The notes beneath the pieces were generated by a model. The model had not been told where the DNA came from, searched no databases, and was given only the letters and a program-made list of their open reading frames with translations. 64,000 nucleotides of DNA from assembly GCA_964400875.1 (NCBI GenBank), contig CAYNWK010000003.1, positions 34,702-98,701 on the forward strand, written 5' to 3'. This document shows positions 28,090 through 36,293 of this stretch, piece by piece. Made by a program: the position numbers and the translations under genes. The DNA is from an uncultured Anaerolineaceae bacterium (GTDB lineage Bacteria > Chloroflexota > Anaerolineae > Anaerolineales > UBA4823). How positions within the stretch are numbered: position 1 is the first letter of the stretch; each line of letters starts with the position of its first letter.

Positions 28090-28196
28090 CAGGTGTCATA
28101 TTAAAATGTGACATACTTCATCTGATTTGATTGTATCTAGAAATTCTACATTGAACCTTATGACGCTTCATTCAGTAAGTATGACACAGACACCTG
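28090..28196. repeat. Imperfect ~29-bp inverted repeat in an AT-rich divergent promoter region
   Basis: The left arm caggtgtc…tgtgacatactt (28090-28118) pairs with the right arm aagtatgacaca gacacctg (28177-28196). Confidence 0.6.
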
Positions 28197-28264
28197 CATG
28201 TAGGCGCGTCACAGAAGGCAGGGCAATCGCCTTTAGACGATTTGCCCCCATGGTAGAGGATACT

Positions 28265-28303
28265 GGAAGTCGAGAGCGGGGCGCAGCCCCGCTCTCGACT
28301 TCC
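28265..28303. repeat. Perfect 17-bp-stem hairpin without a flanking U-tract
   Basis: ggaagtcgagagcgggg cgcag ccccgctctcgacttcc. Confidence 0.7.
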
Positions 28304-28526
28304 AAACCCCAAAAGGTCTTTTCACGACCCACCTGAACTGATAGAATAGTCGGGGTGTACGTGTGGATCAGGCGTTTTAAGCCCGCATAACCGCGGAGCG
28401 AATACTGTTTGCCGTTAATCTTACATGGTTATTAAATTCACGCTAATCGACAGATCGCGGCTGGATTGTGGTTTATAATAACAGGACGCCTAAATTCCCA
28501 ACGCCGATGGAATGAAAGGAGGTGAG

Positions 28527-28604
28527 TTGGACACAATAAGTCCTAACTGCAACGCCACTTGTTGTCCCCTGTTTTTTCAACTAGAAAGAGGAGAGAAGAA
28601 ATGA
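28527..28604 (+). CDS. Possible Cys-rich upstream ORF (25 aa from TTG, or 30 aa from the ATG at 28512), coupled to the SBP gene
   Basis: AAAGGAGGTGA lies 4 nt before the TTG. The peptide is (M)DTISPNCNATCCPLFFQLERGEKK, and its stop TGA overlaps the SBP ATG (ATGA at 28601-28604). Confidence 0.3.
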   Translation: MDTISPNCNATCCPLFFQLERGEKK

Positions 28605-30388
28605 GAAACAAACCGCTTTATACCATTCTGGCTATCTTTATATTGGCCAGCATGGTGCTGGCAGCCTGTCAGCCGGCTGCAACCGCCGAGCCTACTACAG
28701 CGCCTACCGAGGCGATGGCAGAGCCAACCGAGGCCATGGCAGAGCCAACCGAGGCGATGGCAGAGCCCACCGAGGCGATGGCAGAGCCCACCGAAGCGAT
28801 GGCAGAGCCGACCGAAGCGATGGCTGAGGGCGGCAATACCATCATCATCGGCGTAACTGACACTATCTCAAGCCTCGACCCGGCCGATGCCTACGCCACG
28901 CGTGACTGGGAGCTGATCAAGAACACCGGCGAAGGGCTGCTCAGATGGTCGCCCGGAGCCCTCGATCTGGAGCCAGGCCTGGCAACGGACATGCCCGAGA
29001 TCTCGGACGATGGTCTGACCTACACCCTTACGCTGCGCGATGGCATTCAGTTCGCCGACGGCCTGGAACTGACCGCCCCCATGTATGCTGAAGAGCTCAA
29101 CCGCTTGCTGACCATCGGGCCGGACTGCCCGAACGGTGTGGCCAGCGCGCTGGCAGTTCCTTACGTGGACAGCATCGAAGCCCCCGACGACCAGACGATC
29201 GTCTTCACGCTCAAGGCCCCCATCGGTTTCTTCAGCCAGATCCTGGCAACCGCGCCCTACATCCCCGCGCACCCGGACATCTTCCCGGATGATGAGTGCG
29301 TGCTCTTCCCGGAGGCCCCGATTTACGGCGTCGGCCCGTGGTACATCAGTCAGTACACACAGAATGAACAGATTGTGCTCGAGCCGAACCCTTACTACAA
29401 CGGGGATCTCACCCCGCAGGTCGACCAGATCATCGTCCGCGACTTCGCTGACCCGCAGACCATGTCCCTGGCCGTCCAGAACGGCGAGATCGACATCGCC
29501 TGGCGCTTCCTGGGACCCGAACTGATCAGCCAATTGGAAGGCGTAGAGGGCCTGTCGGTCAATACGATCGACGCCGGACCGATCCGCTACCTGATCATCA
29601 ACCACACCTTCCCGCCGATGGACGACCCCAACGTCTACAAGGCCGTCGCTGCGGCGATTGACCGCGATGAGCTCTCCGATGTTGTCTACAGCGGCCAAGC
29701 TGTGCCCCTGTATTCGCAGGTGCCGCCTGGATTCGTGGGCGCAAATGAAGCCTTCGACACCGCGTACGCCTCGCCGGATCTCGATGCAGCCAACGAATAC
29801 CTGGCAGCCTCCGGCTACACGGCAGACAATCCGCTGGAGCTCGAACTCTGGTACCCGCCAGAACACTACGGGAGCGAAACTGCCGCCTGGATGGAACTGA
29901 TCCAGCAGCAGCTTGAAGCGACCGGCGCGATCAACGTCACCTTGCAGGCGCAAGAATGGAGCACTTACGTGACGGCGCTGACGGGCGGTGAATCCTACGC
30001 GGCCGGTGTACTGGGCTGGTTCTTCGACTACCCTGACACGTCCAACTACCTGGACCCCTTCGTGTTCAACGGCGGTCTGGGCACCAACGTCGCCCTGGCA
30101 GCGGAAGGCAGCGATACTGGCGATCCGATCAACGATACGGCCGCCGAGCTGATCGACCTGATGTCGCAGGCCGACGTCGAGTCAGATGTGGATACCCGTG
30201 CTGAGCTTTACCAGCAGGCGCAGGATCTATACGCCGACCTGGTGGTGACCGTGCCCCTGTTCATCATCGCAGAACACGTCACCTACAGCTCGAGCATCTC
30301 AGGTACCGACATGTACGCCACGCCGGAGACGTTGAACATCGGTCCGAACCTCGAGTTCTACTACTCCATGCTCACCAAGAGCCCGTAA
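28601..30388 (+). CDS. ABC transporter substrate-binding lipoprotein, family 5 (peptide/nickel, Opp/Dpp type)
   Basis: Lipobox LAAC, an (AEPTEAM)x5 linker and an SBP_bac_5-like body. ATG at 28601 after AAGAGGAGAG. Confidence 0.9.
   Translation: MRNKPLYTILAIFILASMVLAACQPAATAEPTTAPTEAMAEPTEAMAEPTEAMAEPTEAMAEPTEAMAEPTEAMAEGGNTIIIGVTDTISSLDPADAYATRDWELIKNTGEGLLRWSPGALDLEPGLATDMPEISDDGLTYTLTLRDGIQFADGLELTAPMYAEELNRLLTIGPDCPNGVASALAVPYVDSIEAPDDQTIVFTLKAPIGFFSQILATAPYIPAHPDIFPDDECVLFPEAPIYGVGPWYISQYTQNEQIVLEPNPYYNGDLTPQVDQIIVRDFADPQTMSLAVQNGEIDIAWRFLGPELISQLEGVEGLSVNTIDAGPIRYLIINHTFPPMDDPNVYKAVAAAIDRDELSDVVYSGQAVPLYSQVPPGFVGANEAFDTAYASPDLDAANEYLAASGYTADNPLELELWYPPEHYGSETAAWMELIQQQLEATGAINVTLQAQEWSTYVTALTGGESYAAGVLGWFFDYPDTSNYLDPFVFNGGLGTNVALAAEGSDTGDPINDTAAELIDLMSQADVESDVDTRAELYQQAQDLYADLVVTVPLFIIAEHVTYSSSISGTDMYATPETLNIGPNLEFYYSMLTKSP
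28698..28823 (+). repeat. 21-bp in-frame tandem repeat (about 6 units) encoding the AEPTEAM linker
   Basis: The unit gcagagccNaccgaRgcNatg repeats back to back within the SBP gene. Confidence 0.9.
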
Positions 30389-30466
30389 GTCCATCACGAG
30401 CTCAAGATGACCTACCGATAAGGGGCGGGTGGGACCCGCCCCTTATCTTAAAGGGAAGAAACAATT

Positions 30467-31564
30467 GTGTCGCCGATCGCCCTTATCGCCCTCCTTGTTG
30501 GGATACCCGCACTTATCGGAATTATTTACATCTTTGTGACCGGCTCTACCGGTCTGCGCCGTTTTATCCTGACCCGCGTCGCGCTGACCGTGCCGATGGT
30601 ATTTATCCTCGCTACCCTGGTATTTTTTATTATGCGAGTCTTGCCCGGCGACCCGGTCACCTCGGCGCTGGGACCGAAAGGCACTCCCCAAGTCATCCAG
30701 CGCATCCGCGAGCAGCTTGGGTTGGACGATCCAATCCTGGTGCAGTACGGTCATTTCCTTGCAGACCTGGTCACTCTTAATTTTGGGAATTCGCTCACCG
30801 GAGGTCACCGGCCGATCGTGGACGAGATGAGCGAAAGGTTTCCGGCAACTCTAGAGCTGGTTATGCCGGCGTCTATCTTGGCTTTGGGGGTTGGAATCAT
30901 CGGCGGCGCCTGGGCCGCTTCACGGCGCAAACGCGCCACGGATTACGGTTGGCGCATCTATTCGGTGGTGATTTATTCGCTGCCGATTTTCTGGTTAGGG
31001 CTCATGCTGCAGCTGCTTTTTAGCGTCAGGCTCAACTGGTTGCCTGTCTCCGGCCGCATCGACCCGGTGATCGGCACGACCCTGGAACGCACGACCAACC
31101 TTTATTTGATCGACTCGCTGATCAGCGGCAACTGGCCCGCACTTTCCTCGGTCCTGGCTCATTTGGTTCTCCCGACGTTGACCCTCGGGCTGATCTTGTC
31201 CGGGGTTTTCGTGCGGCTGACGCGCATCAACGTGATCGAGACGCTGCAAGCCGACTATATCTCGGCTGCGCGCGCCCGCGGCATCCGTGAACGGGTGCTG
31301 ATCTACGGGCATGCGCTCAAGAACGCCATGATTCCGGTCATCACCCTGATTGGACTGCAGGTAGCCATCCTGCTGGCCGGCGCCGTGCTTACGGAGACGG
31401 TGTTCTCCTGGCCGGGGATGGGCAGATACCTGGTGGAGCGCATATCAGCGCGAGACTACACCGCCGTGCAGGGGGGCATCGCTGTTTTTGCCCTGCTTGT
31501 GGCTATCATCAGCCTGGCGGTCGATATCATCTATTCGCTGGTCGATCCGAGGGTGAGGTATTAG
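30467..31564 (+). CDS. ABC transporter permease (OppB/DppB type)
   Basis: BPD_transp_1 core with an EAA-like loop (…ADYISAARARGI…). The start (GTG at 30467) is uncertain. Confidence 0.88.
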   Translation: MSPIALIALLVGIPALIGIIYIFVTGSTGLRRFILTRVALTVPMVFILATLVFFIMRVLPGDPVTSALGPKGTPQVIQRIREQLGLDDPILVQYGHFLADLVTLNFGNSLTGGHRPIVDEMSERFPATLELVMPASILALGVGIIGGAWAASRRKRATDYGWRIYSVVIYSLPIFWLGLMLQLLFSVRLNWLPVSGRIDPVIGTTLERTTNLYLIDSLISGNWPALSSVLAHLVLPTLTLGLILSGVFVRLTRINVIETLQADYISAARARGIRERVLIYGHALKNAMIPVITLIGLQVAILLAGAVLTETVFSWPGMGRYLVERISARDYTAVQGGIAVFALLVAIISLAVDIIYSLVDPRVRY

Positions 31565-31567
31565 CCT

Positions 31568-32851
31568 ATGGACAATATCAGAGAAGAATTTCCCGACGCT
31601 GCCGAAGAAACGCTCCCCTGGGAGCAGGACCTTGAAAATGTAGGCCTCGTACGGCGTGCGCTGAGGGCGCGCAAATGGTACGGCGCAGATTGGTGGTTTG
31701 TGGCAATCTCCGCGGTCATGGTGCTTGGGTTTCTCATCATCGCTTTTTTCCCCGCCCCATTCGCGCCCTTTGGCCCCACCGAGATTGTCGGATCGAGCTT
31801 CTTAGCGCCCGGCGAGCAGCCTCCCGTTCCGGTGCTGATCGTACCGCAGGATGCGCCGTTTGAAGACCTGCAAAGTCTGGCGGTCCCAGAGGGTGCAGAG
31901 CGACCCTCTATCGCGGTCGAGCAAGGGCTGCCAACGGCCGGGGCGCTGCGTGAGCAGGCGCAAATGATCGACGACGAGATCAGGGATGACCCCGAAGGCC
32001 TTCGGCTGCGCGTGCGTATCAGGCGTTATGAATCCATGGATGAGTCCCTTCAGGCGGTTATGGATGGAGAAGTACAATCGGCTGTCGTGCAGTCGGATGC
32101 TTTCGAGGCTGTGGCTTCTCAATATCCAACTCTGCGTGAGGCTGGGAGCATCATGGGAGACACGGCTACTGCCGGTGGGTTCTTGATGGGGACCAACGAC
32201 ATCGGGCAGGATGTTTTTAGCCGGTTGATTTGGGGCGCCCAGGTGGCATTCCTGATCGGATTCAGCGCTTCGATTGTAGCGCTGGTGATCGGCGTCCCGC
32301 TGGGTCTGCTTGCGTCCTACGTGGGCGGATCGCTCGACCGCTCTCTCAGCCTGGTGATGGACAGCCTGTACGCCTTTCCCGGTCTGATCCTGGCGATCGC
32401 CATTACGGCGGTCTTGGGCCCCAGCGTGTTCAACATCATCGTAGCCATCGCAGTGGTGTATATCCCCACCTATTACCGCATCGTGCGCGGCCAGACTTTC
32501 TCTGTGAAGGAAGAGATCTATGTTGAAGCCGCCCAAAGCATTGGGGCGCGCGGTCTGGAAATTCTGAGACGCTATATCTTCCCCAACGTGATCCCCTCGG
32601 TGGCGATCATCTTTTCGGTGAACGTGGCGGACGCGATCCTGACGGGCGCAGGGCTGTCCTTCCTGGGCCTCGGTTTGCCCCCGACCATCGCCGATTGGGG
32701 TATCGATGTGGCGCGCGGCCAGCGCTTCATCCAATCGGCGTGGTGGCTGATTACATTTCCGGGGTTGGCGATCATGCTGGTAGTGCTGGCCTTTACATTG
32801 ATGGGTGAGGGATTGATGGAGATCTTTAACCCCAAACTCAGGGAGCGTTAA
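31568..32851 (+). CDS. ABC transporter permease (OppC/DppC type) with an enlarged first periplasmic loop
   Basis: GTNDIGQDVFSRLIWG box and the EAAQSIGA EAA loop. About 140 aa separate TM1 from this box, against about 35 aa in canonical DppC. Confidence 0.88.
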   Translation: MDNIREEFPDAAEETLPWEQDLENVGLVRRALRARKWYGADWWFVAISAVMVLGFLIIAFFPAPFAPFGPTEIVGSSFLAPGEQPPVPVLIVPQDAPFEDLQSLAVPEGAERPSIAVEQGLPTAGALREQAQMIDDEIRDDPEGLRLRVRIRRYESMDESLQAVMDGEVQSAVVQSDAFEAVASQYPTLREAGSIMGDTATAGGFLMGTNDIGQDVFSRLIWGAQVAFLIGFSASIVALVIGVPLGLLASYVGGSLDRSLSLVMDSLYAFPGLILAIAITAVLGPSVFNIIVAIAVVYIPTYYRIVRGQTFSVKEEIYVEAAQSIGARGLEILRRYIFPNVIPSVAIIFSVNVADAILTGAGLSFLGLGLPPTIADWGIDVARGQRFIQSAWWLITFPGLAIMLVVLAFTLMGEGLMEIFNPKLRER

Positions 32852-33855
32852 TGCCCGAAGACATCTTGTATTCGATTAAAAATTTGAGCGTAGAATATCA
32901 AACCCGCGCCGGCCCGGTTCGGGCGGTAGACGATGTCAGCTTCGACATCCACCGTGGAGAGATTATTGGTCTGGTAGGAGAATCCGGCTGTGGCAAGTCA
33001 ACCTTAGGTAAGGCGCTCATGCGCCTTCAGACCGGCCCGGTCAGGATCACGTCTGGTGAGCTGTGGTTTGACGGGCGGGACTTGATGAAGCTTTCCGATC
33101 GAGAGATGACGGATGTGCGCGGGGCTGAAATAGGCATGGTTTTCCAAGACCCGATGACCTCGCTCAATCCGGTCCAACGGATTTCCGATCACTTAATCGA
33201 GACGATCCAGACTCACGAGCCTGAGACCTCTGATGCGGATGCGGAAGCGCGTGCTGAAGAGCTGGTTGAACGCCTGGGTATCCGCAGAGAACGATTGACC
33301 GAATACCCGCATCAAATGTCAGGCGGCATGCGCCAGCGCGTGATGATCTCCCTGGCATTGGCGCTCAATTCCAAGCTCGTCATCGCTGATGAACCTACTA
33401 CTTCCCTGGACGTCATCGTAGAGTACAAATTCCTCGACCTGCTGCGCGAACTCCGGGATGAGTTTGGTTTAACCATCATGCTGATCACCCACAATATCGG
33501 CGTCGTCGCTGAAATAGCCGATCGCGTGGCGGTGATGTACGGGGCGAAGATCGTCGAACTTGCTGATGTCTTTGGATGTTTTAGCGAACCGAAGCATCCC
33601 TACACGCAGGGTTTGCTGCGCTCGGTACCCAACATCAAACTAGACGGTGGGGAATTATATAAGATGAATGGCGCGCCTCCAAACTTGTTGCGACCACCCG
33701 CTGGATGCCGCTTCCACCCGCGTTGTCCCGAGGTCATGGATATATGCCGGACCGTTGAACCGGCTTTCCAACCCGTGGAAGAAGGAAGCGACCAGCTCGC
33801 AGCCTGTTGGCTGTACCAGGAGGCCCCTGTTGGTCAAGAGATGGCCCATGGTTGA
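32851..33855 (+). CDS. ABC transporter ATP-binding protein (OppD/DppD type)
   Basis: Walker [10 protein letters not shown], signature MSGGMRQR, Walker [10 protein letters not shown] and a C-terminal oligopeptide-type CRFHPRC motif. Confidence 0.93.
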   Translation: MPEDILYSIKNLSVEYQTRAGPVRAVDDVSFDIHRGEIIGLVGESGCGKSTLGKALMRLQTGPVRITSGELWFDGRDLMKLSDREMTDVRGAEIGMVFQDPMTSLNPVQRISDHLIETIQTHEPETSDADAEARAEELVERLGIRRERLTEYPHQMSGGMRQRVMISLALALNSKLVIADEPTTSLDVIVEYKFLDLLRELRDEFGLTIMLITHNIGVVAEIADRVAVMYGAKIVELADVFGCFSEPKHPYTQGLLRSVPNIKLDGGELYKMNGAPPNLLRPPAGCRFHPRCPEVMDICRTVEPAFQPVEEGSDQLAACWLYQEAPVGQEMAHG

Positions 33856-34909
33856 GCAACCGGAATCATTGGAAGTCAGCGAAGTCTCATACATCGGAGC
33901 CCCCAGGGTTGAAGAACTGGTCCGAGTTGAGAACTTGAAAAAATACTTCCCCGTGCAAAGCGGGTTCCTCGCCAGCCTGCTGAACAAAGGTGAGATCCCT
34001 TCGGTAAAAGCGGTGGATGATGTCAACTTCTCAATTTATAAAGGAGAGGTGTTAGGACTGGCAGGGGAAAGTGGTTCGGGAAAGTCTACTGTCGGCAGGC
34101 TGGTTTTACGCCTGTTGGATCCAACCGAAGGCAAAGTGATCTTTGACGGCACCGACCTAGGCAGCCTGTCATCCGAGGAGATGCGCCGTTTACGCTCTCG
34201 CATGCAGGTTGTATTTCAGGATCCGTTAGCTTCGCTGAACCCGAGGATGACGATCGGCCAGGCCATCGAGCATCCAGCCAAGATCCATCTAACCGAGCTG
34301 TCCGCCGAGGAGCGCCGTGAACGAGTAACGGATATTCTCGAAGCTGTTCACATGGTGCCCCCCAATGCTTTTTATGATTTATACCCCCACCAAATTTCGG
34401 GCGGACAGCGACAGCGGATAGTGCTGGCGCGCGCGCTGGTTACGCACCCCGATCTGATTGTGGCAGATGAACCGATCGCAATGGCCGATGTGTCTGTCCG
34501 CGCAATTCTGCTCGACCTGATGATGGAACTTAAGGATGAGTTCGACCTGACCTACCTGTTTATAACGCACGACCTGGCTACAGCCAAGTACGTTTGCGAC
34601 CGCATCGCGATTATGTATCTGGGGAGACTTGCCGAGATTGGCCCGCTAAGGGATGTCTACGAGAATTACGGTCACCCGTATACGCGCGCCCTGCTCGAAG
34701 CTGTGCCGGTACCCGATCCACACCAGCGGCGCACAGAGACGATGCCCAGAGGCGAGATTCCGAACGCCATCAATCCACCTTCCGGATGCCGCTTCCACCC
34801 ACGCTGCCCGATCGCGCGCCCGAACTGCGCCACAGACGTTCCACCCTTACGCGAATTACGCCCGCAGCATTTCATCGCCTGTCATTACGCAGAAGACCTG
34901 TTGAGTTAA
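33848..34909 (+). CDS. ABC transporter ATP-binding protein (OppF/DppF type)
   Basis: Walker [10 protein letters not shown], signature ISGGQRQR, Walker B LIVADEP and CRFHPRCP. The ATG at 33848 overlaps the previous gene by 8 nt. Confidence 0.93.
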   Translation: MVEQPESLEVSEVSYIGAPRVEELVRVENLKKYFPVQSGFLASLLNKGEIPSVKAVDDVNFSIYKGEVLGLAGESGSGKSTVGRLVLRLLDPTEGKVIFDGTDLGSLSSEEMRRLRSRMQVVFQDPLASLNPRMTIGQAIEHPAKIHLTELSAEERRERVTDILEAVHMVPPNAFYDLYPHQISGGQRQRIVLARALVTHPDLIVADEPIAMADVSVRAILLDLMMELKDEFDLTYLFITHDLATAKYVCDRIAIMYLGRLAEIGPLRDVYENYGHPYTRALLEAVPVPDPHQRRTETMPRGEIPNAINPPSGCRFHPRCPIARPNCATDVPPLRELRPQHFIACHYAEDLLS

Positions 34910-34991
34910 ATTGTCAGGAGTGATGCGAACAACGGGGGGAAGTGGGGGCCCATTACTTTCCTGATGAACTGCATGCTTTACAGGTAAGGCT

Positions 34992-36293
34992 GTGAGCGAA
35001 GAAATCCCGCGAAAGATGAAAAAAGAAGCCGAGATACAGCTCCGCACCTGGCTGTTACCTGTCCTGGTGGGAGGCTTTGGAGTCCTGTACCTGTTGACAG
35101 GCTTTCGCGGCTGGTTAATCTTCTTTATCGGTTCCGCCGGTGTATGGCTGCTCGCGCTGCTCTGGGTTATTTCATTAAAACGTCATCTGCATATCGAACG
35201 CCAGCTGCATCTCGCCTGGGCGACGGTGGGCGATTCCTTGCAGGAAGAACTCAAGTTGATCAATCACAGCTGGCTGCCCGCGATATGGGTCGAGATTATC
35301 GATACATCCGACGGGATTTCGACGCCAGTGCGGATGGTCTCCGATGTCGGCGCCAGGTCTTCACGGACGAGATTCCTCAGCCATCTCTGCAGGCGGCGTG
35401 GCCTCTATTCACTCGGTCCTACCCGCTTGCGGGCGAGCGATCCTTTCGGCATCTACAACGTGACTTTGCTTGACTACCACGCCGATACAATCCTGGTCAC
35501 TCCACCGCTGCTGCCGTTGCCGCAGTTGAGAATCGCAACTTCAAGCCGGGCAGGAGATCAGCGACGGACTTCCATGGCGCTTGAGCGGGAGATTAGCGAT
35601 GCTGGTTTGCGCAATTATCTCCCTGGAGACAGCCTGAAGCGGATACACTGGCAGGCTTCGGCCCATTTCGATGAGCTGATCGTAAGACAGCTGGAAGCAT
35701 CCACTTCCAGGGATTGGTGGATCTTCGTCGATCTGGAAGCTGGCGTTCAAGCGGGTGAGGGCAGCGAATCAACCGTGGAGCTGTTAATTGTCCTGGCTGC
35801 CTCCCTCGCCATGCGCGGTTTAAACGAGCACCGCCGCGTGGGGCTGGGGCTGGCAGGTCCGGAGCTTGTCTGGCTGGAGCCGCGGGCTGACCCGGCTCAT
35901 CGCTGGCGCATCTTGAAAGCGCTTGCCATGGCTGAGGCCGGGGAACGCTCGCTCGCCGAGCTGGTCATGGTAAGACGCCCCGCCCAGATCGCCACATTGA
36001 TCGCCATTACGCCCTCCACGGATCCGGGCTGGATAAACGCGGCGGGAAGCCGTAACCGAGGCAGCCGAGTAGCCTTGCTGGTTGATCCGGCGGAATTTGG
36101 CGGTTCCGTCGATCAGAGCAATGTCATCGCTGCACTGGCACAAAGCGGCATCCCCTTCCATCACATGCCCAGGTCGCTGCTCGAGCAGGCTTACCAATCA
36201 CCCGCCAGAGGATCCCGCCAGCACAGCCGCAAAACACAAACCGGGAACCGCTTTTTACAGCAACAAAGGTCGGCATGGCAGCAAATGGATTGA
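34992..36293 (+). CDS. DUF58 domain-containing protein
   Basis: Two N-terminal TM segments and LRNYLPGDSLKRIHWQASAHFDELIVRQLE, the hallmark DUF58 motif. Confidence 0.85.
   Translation: MSEEIPRKMKKEAEIQLRTWLLPVLVGGFGVLYLLTGFRGWLIFFIGSAGVWLLALLWVISLKRHLHIERQLHLAWATVGDSLQEELKLINHSWLPAIWVEIIDTSDGISTPVRMVSDVGARSSRTRFLSHLCRRRGLYSLGPTRLRASDPFGIYNVTLLDYHADTILVTPPLLPLPQLRIATSSRAGDQRRTSMALEREISDAGLRNYLPGDSLKRIHWQASAHFDELIVRQLEASTSRDWWIFVDLEAGVQAGEGSESTVELLIVLAASLAMRGLNEHRRVGLGLAGPELVWLEPRADPAHRWRILKALAMAEAGERSLAELVMVRRPAQIATLIAITPSTDPGWINAAGSRNRGSRVALLVDPAEFGGSVDQSNVIAALAQSGIPFHHMPRSLLEQAYQSPARGSRQHSRKTQTGNRFLQQQRSAWQQMD

Noticed and set aside
28127-28336. 69-aa plus-strand ORF in the AT-rich gap
   Set aside because: It has no SD, runs straight through the 17-bp hairpin, and its composition is atypical for this genome's coding regions.
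28698-28823. CRISPR-like short regular repeats
   Set aside because: The units are contiguous 21-bp repeats with no spacers, in frame within a CDS (the AEPTEAM linker). No cas genes are present.
28868-29953. Long antisense ORFs inside the SBP gene. Equivalent cases lie at 31802-32734, 42851-43783, 50555-51436, 52265-53068, 11430-12296, 15211-15765 and 46028-46627.
   Set aside because: All of them mirror strongly supported sense genes and have Arg/Gly/Pro/His-rich, motif-free translations. None was reported as a feature.
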